A DNA stretch of 59,884 bases, filler included, from Barthelona sp. PAP020 (taxonomy: Eukaryota): the NCBI GenBank assembly GCA_040182905.1. It is 3 parts of 3 records of this genome, joined end to end, with 100 filler letters (N's around TTAATTAATTAA, not from the genome) between each part and the next. Parts side by side here need not be neighbours in the genome. Positions count along the whole stretch, not along the records: positions 40,002 to 59,884 come from JARQWU010000201.1; 2 more parts are not named here. One strand, given 5' to 3'. The notes under the pieces were generated by a model, which searched no databases, was not told the DNA's origin, and was given only the letters and a program-made list of their open reading frames with translations. Of the stretch, positions 51,050-59,884 are shown one piece after another (the stretch's first letter is position 1; each line of letters starts with the position of its first letter). Both the position numbers and the translations under genes were made by a program.

Positions 51050-51707
51050 AATTCTGATGAATCAAAAAAAAAAGAGAACATTTCTTTGTCAGATGTTTTT
51101 TCAAAATAAACATTCAATTTTTAATATAAAATGTAATCTTCATATTATTTGAATCAATTGGATTATTTAACAATGAATTAGACATGTTCCTTCATTCGTT
51201 TTAATGGAATAATTCTTCAAAAAGGGATCAATTTTTTAATTGACATTAATTCCGAACAAAAACAGTCAAAAAGATCAAACGTTTCATGTTTGCTGAAACA
51301 AAAGAGAATACATTTTGAAACCAAAATTTGAACAGTTATACACAGTGAATTAAGTTGCTTGTTTCCTATTAGAATGGATTGGGACCAAATATTGACCGAA
51401 AATCTTTTCAAATTTAACACATTTTCAGCAAGTTATTGCCTTTATCCCAATATGAGATCTCTAACTGTTTTGACACCCTGTTTTACAAATTCATTTCTGT
51501 GTTTATGGACACTTAAAGAAAGTGATATGTGCCTTTTACACGAAAAGAACCTCAAAATTAATTCTAATATATTTTTTGAGTTTCATTCAAAGAAAACTGC
51601 ATTCTTGTCAAGTGACCTCCTTTTACTTCAAAATATTATGTTTTTGACGAATTTTTTTTTTTTGGAACTCCACAACGAAAAAAAAAAAAGTTGAAAAAGA
51701 AATTGAT

Positions 51708-52955
51708 TTATTTTGAACATTCAACCAAGACAACTAAAGCTTGAATAGCTTCTATCATCCGAGTAACAGAAATAAATTCCAATTTACTATGAATCTGACT
51801 TGAACCAGTCCAAATATTGAGACAACAAAATCTATCATCACGTTGAGAAAGGACAGACCCATCACAACCACCACGGACTTGACTTTCTACTGCAACAATT
51901 CCTTCATCAAGAAGACATTTGATATATTTATTTACAAATTCATTGTCAGAAGCAGTATAATTTTTGTACATGTTTGGATACGAATGAGTAGCCTTAACTT
52001 CGATTTGACATCCAGGAAATTGTTTCATTAGCAAAGCAGAATTCTTTTCAAGTTTTAAGATTTTGTTGGGACCATATGAGGAGTCAAATGATCTGCTGAT
52101 AAAACTGCCATGAGCTTCAACAAAGTTCCCTTTAACACTATAAATCGTAAAATACGGATCAGAATCTTTAGTTGTAGAGGGCATCTCAGCTGGGTCAATG
52201 AGATCAATCAATTTGTGCAAAATATATGTGGCGTTAACCATTTTGTCATAAGCAAAACCCGGATGAATACCTACACCCTTAATGGAAACATCAATCTTAT
52301 AGGCGTCAAAGGTATTCGTTTCAATAAAATGTTCAAAAGTTCCATCAACAATAACACAACGTCTTGGAAGACGATCAATTTCAAGATATTCTGATCCTCG
52401 GGCACCTTCTTCATCGGGCGTGAAACATATAGTTATGGCGGGATGAGAAATACTGTTGTCTTGTAATAGATGTAAAAATTCCATAATAATAGCAATACCA
52501 CTCTTATCATCACCACCTAACAAAGTTTTTCCTGAAGCAACTACAACATTTTCATCATAGTTTATTTCTTTCAATTCAGGAGCAACATTTTCATCAAGAA
52601 AAATTGAATCATCATCAGGATAAGTTATAGGTTCATGCTTGTATTTAATCAAACGAGGCTTAACATTTTTTCCTTCAACTGAAGAATCAGTGTCACAGTG
52701 AGCAAGTAAAGCAAAACCTTCAACTGCTAACATATCTTGAGTGGGGGGTAAAAATCCAAATACAGTTCCATTTTGTTGTTGATATGTCTCAATATGCATA
52801 TCTTCCAATGAAACTTTTAAAAGATTCAAAAGTTCCAATTGACGTAGAGTACTTGGTTGAGTTTCAGAACATCCTTTTTCAGGGTCACTGGTAGTGTGAA
52901 TTTTAACATATTGGAACAGTAAATCCAACAATCGATCTTGATTCACTTCAATCAT
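51708..52955 (-). CDS. pepT: Peptidase T (M20B tripeptide aminopeptidase)
   Basis: YVKIHTTSD, PSTLRQ, AHCDT, TLLGGDDKSGIA, FTPDEE, GIHPGFAYDKMVNA, VRGGCDGS, HSKLEFIS. Confidence 0.92.
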   Translation of the reverse strand: MIEVNQDRLLDLLFQYVKIHTTSDPEKGCSETQPSTLRQLELLNLLKVSLEDMHIETYQQQNGTVFGFLPPTQDMLAVEGFALLAHCDTDSSVEGKNVKPRLIKYKHEPITYPDDDSIFLDENVAPELKEINYDENVVVASGKTLLGGDDKSGIAIIMEFLHLLQDNSISHPAITICFTPDEEGARGSEYLEIDRLPRRCVIVDGTFEHFIETNTFDAYKIDVSIKGVGIHPGFAYDKMVNATYILHKLIDLIDPAEMPSTTKDSDPYFTIYSVKGNFVEAHGSFISRSFDSSYGPNKILKLEKNSALLMKQFPGCQIEVKATHSYPNMYKNYTASDNEFVNKYIKCLLDEGIVAVESQVRGGCDGSVLSQRDDRFCCLNIWTGSSQIHSKLEFISVTRMIEAIQALVVLVECSK

Positions 52956-53234
52956 AACAGAACGAGAAAAATTGAAATTTCAGTTTTTCTAATTCAATCT
53001 TTTTATTGATCTTGAGAGATCAGATGTCATTTAATATTTATAAAAAAAAAGAAATGTTATCTGAATGTGCAATCAAAGCAAACAGTTGTGTTAAAAAATC
53101 AAAGCAGATGGTCTGTTCAAAGTAAATTATGTTCTTTAGTTTAACAGTGTTTCTATTTACCAAAAAATCAATAACTTTACAAGTGACATATTCCAAAAGA
53201 GAAAAAAGCCCTTAAAATTTTTTTTGCATCAACA

Positions 53235-53927
53235 ATGTCTCAGAATACTCAATTTTACGAATTTTTATTTGATGAAAACCATGATTTGATTTCAAAAGAA
53301 TATAATGATCGGTGGAATCATTATCTTGAACAAATTGAATTGAATAACTCCACCTCAGATTGTATTTTTATCGATACAAACTTTGAAAAAAGACTAAATT
53401 CTGCATTAGATGTTGATTTAGCTGTTTTTTATGCTGCTTATTGGTATAATAAAGCCGTTCAAAAATCTATCAATTTGTTAAAGAGATTTGTTAGTTTATA
53501 CAATGATTCTTTTATTGCTTGGAGATTTTTAGGATTAATTCTATATAATGAAGGTTCTTTTGATGAGGCAAGACATTGTTTTGAAATGGCTTTATGCATG
53601 ATGTCTGAAGATTCAAATTTATTAGTGGAATTAAGTGCATGTCTTTACCAAATTGGCAGTCCGCTCAGTATTAATCAGGCGTGTCAACACATGGCAAGAT
53701 GTTTGACAATTGATAATTCCAAAGACAACTTAATGTGTCTATTTTACCTTTATAAATTAGGTATGGTATCAAATGAAACAGCTAAACGTGGCTATGATGT
53801 GATTTTGAAACTTTTAGAAAAACAGTTCAATGATAATTCACAGCAAGTTTCTGAACTTGTCAATTCTCAAACAATTGATGATTTCTTTCCAAAAAAGTTT
53901 GTGGTTCCCTTGGTGATTAAAAGATAA
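53235..53927 (+). CDS. TPR protein, possibly EMC2-like
   Basis: TPR helices AWRFLGLILYNEGSFDEARHCFEMAL; LKRFVSLYNDSFIAW resembles EMC2 (YLEQFVGDQEAW...AAFCLEE). Confidence 0.55.
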   Translation: MSQNTQFYEFLFDENHDLISKEYNDRWNHYLEQIELNNSTSDCIFIDTNFEKRLNSALDVDLAVFYAAYWYNKAVQKSINLLKRFVSLYNDSFIAWRFLGLILYNEGSFDEARHCFEMALCMMSEDSNLLVELSACLYQIGSPLSINQACQHMARCLTIDNSKDNLMCLFYLYKLGMVSNETAKRGYDVILKLLEKQFNDNSQQVSELVNSQTIDDFFPKKFVVPLVIKR

Positions 53928-53952
53928 ATTTGAGTTGTCGGAAAAAAAAAAT

Positions 53953-54522
53953 TTATTCGTCTTTCTGTTTACTTTTTTCGTTTTTGTTGATAAATTGTTG
54001 ACTTGGCCTTTCATTTTGTTTTTGTTTTTTTAAGTGCATTTCATTTTGCTTTGACCGAATAATCAACAGGCCACCATCAATAACTATTCCAAATGCACCA
54101 AAAATAATCATCAAAATGAACTTGAAATTAGAATTTGACGAAAATCGATTTCCCACATAATAACCAAAAATTCCAAGCGTTATTGCTGTGACAAAAACAT
54201 TTATTCCACCCAAGGCACTTGCTGGTATTTTATTGAAATACTTCTTATCAAACTGTTCTTTTCTGTTTAAACCATTAGATAGTTTTTGATAAAAAGCAAT
54301 TTTTTCTTCATCAACATCTTCAAAGATTTCATCGGGTTCATAAAAGGGTTTACATGTTTCTAATATGGGAAAAATTAATTTTCTTTCATGATTATCTAAT
54401 AAAAATTCACACATTTTCTTGAATTCATCATATTCAACAATATCATTTTCTTTTAGCCCTTCATGAGAGTTTTCTTTTAAATATGGCAGTATTTCATTCG
54501 AAATCACAAAACGAACGGGCAT
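53953..54522 (-). CDS. Vma12/TMEM199-like V-ATPase assembly factor
   Basis: Soluble N-terminal half, two C-terminal TM helices (GINVFVTAITLGIFGYYVG; ILMIIFGAFGIVIDGGLLIIR) and a basic ER-type tail (KQKDE). Confidence 0.6.
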   Translation of the reverse strand: MPVRFVISNEILPYLKENSHEGLKENDIVEYDEFKKMCEFLLDNHERKLIFPILETCKPFYEPDEIFEDVDEEKIAFYQKLSNGLNRKEQFDKKYFNKIPASALGGINVFVTAITLGIFGYYVGNRFSSNSNFKFILMIIFGAFGIVIDGGLLIIRSKQNEMHLKKQKQNERPSQQFINKNEKSKQKDE

Positions 54523-54706
54523 AATTAATCCAAATTCATATAAATGAAAGAATAAAGCAAAAAATATTGTTGACAACTTTACTCTTTGAATTGACCATTG
54601 GCTAAAATAAATAGAAATTGTCTTTCATAATTATCATTAATCAGGAAGAAGGAAATTTTGATTGTTCAACAGCTGAAATAAATTTATTCAAACAAGAAAA
54701 AGGAAT

Positions 54707-55960
54707 CTATTTTATCACATCAACAACAGCCAATTTATTATTGTAACCTAAAAATAATCGTTGAGTTAAAACATCAATATTTACTGAAGAAAATGATAAA
54801 TAATGTGTTTGAATCCATTCAAAACAAATATTTTGATTAAAATTATCAAATAAATCAAAAATTACCACAAAATAATGAAAAGAATCATCTATAATTGAAT
54901 AATCAATCGTCAATAATTGTGTTTCATTATTGATCAAAATAGTACGTTTGAAAATATCCTCCAATTTATCTGTCGAAGCAATATACTTATATTTGCTTAA
55001 AATTTTGCCTTGCAAATCAATCTGATAAACACAATTGTCAATAAATATTATGATAGTCTCTGTTGTTTCACTAAATAAAAAAAACTGAGCCTTTTTCAGT
55101 AATAAATTGTCTATCATCTTACATTGACCTGTATATATGTTTAACACAATAAAGTTATAATTTTCAGGACGAAATAGACAAAAATTACCCACAATATCAA
55201 GTAAACTAATCGGCAATAAATGCTTTCCATTGACATAATGTTGATATTTCTTTATTCCATTAAAACGATACAAGATGAACTCCATTTTGATCCCCTCTTG
55301 ACAATGTAAACTGCCAGTAATCAATAATTTAGTTTTTACAACCAGAATTCCAATGGACATAATCTTTATGTCCAAAACATCAGTAGAATCAATGCTAAAC
55401 AGATATTCATAATTATCAAAGGAATAAATCCGATAGGCTTTATGAATAGGTGAATAAGTAACAATATGTTGGGTCTTCCAATCGACATCAACAAAACCTG
55501 GAAATGTAAAATTCTCTTGTTGAAATAAATGATGTTTGATGTTGATATTTAAGAAGTAACGTTGAAATACATTAAAAGAAAAACTCGTTAATCTTGTTTC
55601 TTCCGAAAATTCAACATCACTTGCATTATTCCCATTGTTTTCAAGGTTAGCATTAACATTTGTGGAACAGAGACAGATTAGTTGATTTGACACATTATTG
55701 TAATAACATGACCTACAACACATATCAATTCCATCACAAATTTCTTCTTTAAAGGCAAGAGTATCATTTTCACATGCAATTAACTTTCCATTGGCAAACA
55801 GTATCACAACTACCCATGGGGTAATAATAAAAGACTCAATTGGTTCATTAATTCCCAAAGAAATCTCTTTCAATTGATTATTAAGAATTTGTAATATAAT
55901 TGGTTGATTTATCCAATCAATACAGAGTTTTTTGGACAAAAATGGCAAACAATTGACCAT
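54707..55960 (-). CDS. WD40/YVTN-like beta-propeller protein of an uncharacterised plant/protist family
   Basis: RSCYYNNVSNQLI, LFQQENFTFPGFVDVD, IVTYSPIHKAYRIYSFDNYEYLFSI, VLDIKIMSIGILV (cf. LKWPGFVEFDDVNGKVLTYS). Confidence 0.65.
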   Translation of the reverse strand: MVNCLPFLSKKLCIDWINQPIILQILNNQLKEISLGINEPIESFIITPWVVVILFANGKLIACENDTLAFKEEICDGIDMCCRSCYYNNVSNQLICLCSTNVNANLENNGNNASDVEFSEETRLTSFSFNVFQRYFLNINIKHHLFQQENFTFPGFVDVDWKTQHIVTYSPIHKAYRIYSFDNYEYLFSIDSTDVLDIKIMSIGILVVKTKLLITGSLHCQEGIKMEFILYRFNGIKKYQHYVNGKHLLPISLLDIVGNFCLFRPENYNFIVLNIYTGQCKMIDNLLLKKAQFFLFSETTETIIIFIDNCVYQIDLQGKILSKYKYIASTDKLEDIFKRTILINNETQLLTIDYSIIDDSFHYFVVIFDLFDNFNQNICFEWIQTHYLSFSSVNIDVLTQRLFLGYNNKLAVVDVIK

Positions 55961-56860
55961 TCATTTGACCTCATAAAGTGCAGGCAAAGTTACAATTCCG
56001 ATTTTCCAACTTTTAAATCAACAGAAGAAGCAACAAATAGATCACATAAAATATATTAATAAAAGGTAGAACAAATGAAACGATACCTTTGCATGTTAAA
56101 AGAACAATTTTAATTTTCTTTTTGTTTTGGATTGTCAAGAGAACGTTAAATTTTTTAGGGCAAAATCTAAAAAAACTGCATAAAAAATAATTGTTTGGCA
56201 TTTACTCAAATGAAATGTAATTTGGGTTGAGAACACCCAAAACTATGCTGAAATTTTTGTTTCAATTCATTGTATTTTTCTTCCATATATAATACATATA
56301 ACCTGGAATTTTCACACTTTCTTGTCGATATTAAGTAGGTTGTGCGTTTTCATAGTGTTGACGGATGTTAAAAAATGACTTTCTCGGTTTTATTGCTCAA
56401 AGTTCAGTTTTTGTTGTCTCAAAATTGAACCAAAGGAATTGTTTGGGCTTTTAAACTGTCAGAAAACAACAATTTTTTGGAAATATTATCATCCAACCAC
56501 AAAGTGTTTCTTTGTTTTCCCAATTTTTGTGGAATTTAATAAATTAGCTGTTCAATTTGGCACAAAATTGTGAAAAGTTGTTGGGTTGCAACTTATAAAG
56601 TGTTTATTTGTGAATCTTTTTCTCTTTTTTTATTTTTTTTTGCTGCTCATATTTGAAAATCTTCTGTTTTTCTTTTAAATAAAAGCTGCTTTTGACTTCC
56701 AAATTTATTCATGAATCATTTAGTATTTATAATGCTTGAATTTGTTGGGATTAAAGAATTTACATACAAAATTGACAACAACTTATAAATTTTCGACAAA
56801 ATTGATACAATAATCATTCGAACAAAAAAGAGAAATATTTTACATCAAAGAAAAAATAGA

Positions 56861-57220
56861 CTAAAGAGGCAATCCTGGTGGTGGCTTCATTGACGGATTG
56901 GGATCTGTTAATTGATCAATAGAAGAAATGGTCATTAAATTGGAAGAAGTTCTCAAACGAGAATCATCAGATTTGTGCACTCTTTTCCTGGAAATAGTAG
57001 GAGGAGGAGCCAAAACAGCAATATGTTGAATATTTTCACCTCTAATTATGATTAACCCTAAATATCTTTCTTTTGATGTGCCATTTCGATAAGTTCTGGT
57101 TTCTGCAGCTTCGTTTAGAATAGTATTCATGTACTTTGAATCAACACTTAATAATCTGCCAATTATAAATCCATCGGCTATGTGTACCTTAACGAGAGAC
57201 TTCAAAGGAATCTTTGACAT
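56861..57220 (-). CDS. SNRPB: Sm core protein B-like
   Basis: Sm1 IGRLLSVDSKYMNTIL, Sm2 RYLGLIIIRGENI, followed by APPP and a Pro-rich tail. Confidence 0.75.
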   Translation of the reverse strand: MSKIPLKSLVKVHIADGFIIGRLLSVDSKYMNTILNEAAETRTYRNGTSKERYLGLIIIRGENIQHIAVLAPPPTISRKRVHKSDDSRLRTSSNLMTISSIDQLTDPNPSMKPPPGLPL

Positions 57221-57287
57221 TTTAACAAGAAAAAAATAATTAAAAAAGCTGTTTCACAATAGTGTTTTTTCTTTATAATTGGTGAAT

Positions 57288-58223
57288 ATGGTTTTAAAAT
57301 TTACAGGCAGTAAGTTAGGATCGAAAAGCAGTTCACTTACAAAGAAATCGAATAATAATTATTTGGAAACAAATCAATCTACATTAATTTCTTTGGATAA
57401 CATTCGAGTTTTGCCACCAGCTGATATTTTGGTTTTATTAAATCAAGCGTTTGGCGGTTCGAAGAAAGATTCAAAACCAGGTGTTTTTAATTCTATTTTT
57501 TATAATCCCAGTTCTGAATCTAAGTCCAGCACTTCAACTTTAAGAAAAACAACAACAAAGAGTAGTTTATTTAGTGAGAAAAAGACTTCCTTATCTTCAT
57601 CAACTACCAAAACAAGTTCATTATCTTCACAAGAAAGTGTTGTTAAAGCTGCAGGTTTATGGGATGATGCTGTAAAGAACAACCCAGACCCTTCTAGATA
57701 TTCACCATATATATTGAACAATGTTGCAGATGTTAAAGTTCGAGGTGAAGCAGTTCAAAAGAAAAATGAAGAACAAATTGAAAAATGTGATTGTTTATTG
57801 CAAGAAATATCAGAATTGACACAGAAATTACAGACGGAAATAAAAGCTCCTTTGAAAGACAATAAACAATCAATAAATAACAGTAGTCATCGATTAAATG
57901 AACTAATAGCTAGAATAGAAACAATAAAATATCAAGGAGTTCCATTGACAACCAGTGAATTATCTTTTAAACATTCTATCAATAAGATGGTTGATTCAAT
58001 AATGGGGTCTAATGGAATTAATGCTCAATTACAGCATTTAAGTAGTTTAATCGATGTAGGGTATGGATCATCAAATGTTGACATATCTTTGGACAATGCA
58101 AGTATTGATGATGAAGAAATTGTCAAAATTTTATCTACTCAGCAGGATGCAATTGAAAAGCTGTCTAAATTGATTAGAGAAGAAACAGTTGTTTGTCAAC
58201 AAATAATTCATGATTTGAATTGA
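57288..58223 (+). CDS. NUP54: Nucleoporin Nup54/Nup57-like
   Basis: FNSIFYN...LWDDAVKNNPDPSRYSP...DVKVR (cf. WEQAKVDNPD..LIPVP..GF.EL..R), GVPLTTSE, and a C-terminal coiled coil LSTQQDAIEKL. Confidence 0.75.
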   Translation: MVLKFTGSKLGSKSSSLTKKSNNNYLETNQSTLISLDNIRVLPPADILVLLNQAFGGSKKDSKPGVFNSIFYNPSSESKSSTSTLRKTTTKSSLFSEKKTSLSSSTTKTSSLSSQESVVKAAGLWDDAVKNNPDPSRYSPYILNNVADVKVRGEAVQKKNEEQIEKCDCLLQEISELTQKLQTEIKAPLKDNKQSINNSSHRLNELIARIETIKYQGVPLTTSELSFKHSINKMVDSIMGSNGINAQLQHLSSLIDVGYGSSNVDISLDNASIDDEEIVKILSTQQDAIEKLSKLIREETVVCQQIIHDLN

Positions 58224-58464
58224 TTGAAAAATTTCATAAATTTCTTGCTTTTTTATTTTCATTGTTGTTTCTATCACAAAAAAGTTATACAGTTAGATAT
58301 AAAAAGGTTAAAATTTAAAGAATGAGATGGCTGAAAGAATTCAATTCTTCCCACACCGAAGACCCTAATTTTTTTGATTTTACACAACTGCAATCGTCTT
58401 TTACTAAACGTATTGTGTTTATATAACATTTTAAAAAAGAAAAATAAACAGAAAAAACAAAAAC

Positions 58465-59667
58465 TTAAATTTCCGAAATATTTACCTTAAATACTTTAGC
58501 TTCTGCACCACCAACATACACTTCGTTATTTTTAGCAACAGTCATGCACAATAAGCGGTCTTTCGAAATCTTTTTCATATGTAAAGGAAACTTGGAGTGA
58601 GTATTCCAAACATTCAATGTACCATCATGACAAATAGAAACAATAGAATCTTTTTTAACAAATTTGACACCCGAACACTTTAAAACATGACTATTTTTAC
58701 GACTAGAACGCATCAATAAATGGTTTTTATCCTTTGTGAAATCATGAACAGAAATAGTACCATCAGCATAACCAACAGTTAAATAATTTTCACACACATC
58801 AATAGATAAAGGAACTGAATGACAATGAATGGTTAATTGACATGTTTGTTCTTCAATATTCCATACCTTAACCGTTTTATCCATACTTGATGTGATAAGT
58901 TGATTATCATCAGCCCAAACACTAGAAATTACTGGTTTAACATGTTCTTCTAAGACTAATAATGGCTGCTTGATTAACTGTTTCTGATTGGAGCCAGATG
59001 GATCTCTTTTCAAATCAGTATCAACATTAATCATACCCTCTTTTAAAGAAACACTAAAAATCCTTACTTTTGAATCCCAACAACATGTAGCAAAAAGAAG
59101 TCCTGTTTTGTTGAATGAAATACTTTCAATTGAACCAGGATGTAAAATAGTTTCAAAGAAAGGACTACCATCCACCTTCCAAGCACGTACAATACCTTGA
59201 TTGCAACCAGAAATAATTGTTTCACGAGAATATGCAAGTCCTGAAATATGAGCAGGATGAGCCAACCAATTCATACCTAAAGAAGGTATCTCAATATGTT
59301 GATTATATAAGCCACTGATATACTCATTATCCAAAGAAGCCAAAGATGCAATCCAATCAGGATGCTCAAAGGTTTCAATGATCTCTGGCTCTTTTAAAGC
59401 TAAAGTAAATTCAATATCAATGGTTCTTTCTTTTGATAAAGAATTTTCCTCAATGAACTGTTCCAATGAATTTCTAAACAGAACACCATTAATAATAAAC
59501 AAAAATTGTAAAGATTGAGGATCAGAATGTAAATTCTCATCATCAATAATACCATATAAAATTTGTTGTAAGTCTTCAGATTTTTGATTTGAAGAAATAA
59601 CTAATTCTAAATCAATTTCTTCAAATAGTTCTACCTTGGAAAATAAATGGATTGTGACATCAGTCAT
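58465..59667 (-). CDS. WDR12: Ribosome biogenesis WD40 protein Ytm1/WDR12
   Basis: N-terminal NLE/UBL domain (FLFIINGVLFRNSLEQFIEENSLSKERTIDIEF), HPDWIASL, and WD40 repeats. Confidence 0.88.
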   Translation of the reverse strand: MTDVTIHLFSKVELFEEIDLELVISSNQKSEDLQQILYGIIDDENLHSDPQSLQFLFIINGVLFRNSLEQFIEENSLSKERTIDIEFTLALKEPEIIETFEHPDWIASLASLDNEYISGLYNQHIEIPSLGMNWLAHPAHISGLAYSRETIISGCNQGIVRAWKVDGSPFFETILHPGSIESISFNKTGLLFATCCWDSKVRIFSVSLKEGMINVDTDLKRDPSGSNQKQLIKQPLLVLEEHVKPVISSVWADDNQLITSSMDKTVKVWNIEEQTCQLTIHCHSVPLSIDVCENYLTVGYADGTISVHDFTKDKNHLLMRSSRKNSHVLKCSGVKFVKKDSIVSICHDGTLNVWNTHSKFPLHMKKISKDRLLCMTVAKNNEVYVGGAEAKVFKVNISEI

Positions 59668-59761
59668 TTTTGATATTCTAAAAAAAAGACTTTGACAATA
59701 AAAAAGTGTTACAGTTTTGTATCTCTTTTTTTTTGTCCTTATTCTTCATTGTTTTATCAAT

Positions 59762-59884
59762 ATGACTGAAGAAGAAGTTGTTGATATTGAAGAATTAATA
59801 AGTAGTTTTGATGATATTAAGACAAATATTTCCAATTCGGATAAGATTACAAAATTCTTAAAATTGATATATCCTCATTATAAT
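59762..59884 (+). CDS. 5' end of a gene running off the window; possibly proteasome subunit Rpn1/PSMD2-like
   Basis: MTEEEVVDIEELISSFDDIKTNISNSDKITKFLKLIYPHYN; KFLKLIYPHY resembles Rpn1 KPLKFLRPHY. Confidence 0.45.
   Translation, partial: MTEEEVVDIEELISSFDDIKTNISNSDKITKFLKLIYPHYN

Noticed and set aside
51500..51600. U5 snRNA-like loop GCCTTTTAC (51531-51539) with downstream ATTTTTTGAG
   Set aside because: Only ~3 bp flank the loop, no long stem I forms, and the Sm-like site is itself paired (CTCAAAA/TTTTGAG). Insufficient without a covariance-model hit.
57282..57306. GTGAA...TTTACAG as a possible mini-intron at the Nup54 5' end
   Set aside because: It would remove the only plausible ATG, and the ORF reads through without it.
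58382..58420. Second U5-like loop TCGTCTTTTACTAAA inside an ACACAA/TTGTGT stem
   Set aside because: Mismatch in the invariant GCCUUUUAC loop and no Sm site downstream.
1..59884. CRISPR arrays, rRNA, tRNA, transposases
   Set aside because: No repeat-spacer arrays, rRNA-like segments, tRNA cloverleaves with A/B boxes, or transposase/RT motifs were recognised.

Overview
AT-rich, gene-dense, essentially intron-less eukaryotic (protist) genomic DNA. It consists of three ~20-kb segments joined by two artificial 100-nt N/TTAATTAATTAA linkers. Recognisable housekeeping genes: CNOT1, condensin II CAP-G2, SBP2-like L7Ae protein, HGH1, PME-1-like hydrolase, NADP-IDH, URI/Bud27, two USPs, HTATSF1/Cus2, a PH-domain dynamin, Bud13, adenosine kinase, peptidase T, EMC2-like, Vma12-like, SmB, Nup54 and Ytm1/WDR12, plus several WD40 proteins. 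Also present are a >4,100-aa signal-peptide-bearing beta-solenoid-like gene with one frame break and a decayed kinase-WD40 pseudogene. The main discovery is in the ~1-kb gap between the convergent SBP2-like and HGH1 genes (29385-30360). This region pairs by hand into a large plus-strand RNA with telomerase RNA hallmarks in the canonical order: a closing helix, a template-like AACCCUAAAAC, an H-type pseudoknot, a long G-U-containing arm, and a P6.1-like hairpin AGAG-CUUGG-CUCU. It starts immediately after the upstream gene's stop codon. A WGURAA motif at many 3' ends and bacterial-type pepT/IDH suggest (inference only) an anaerobic metamonad/fornicate-like host. All homology calls come from remembered motifs, not database searches.
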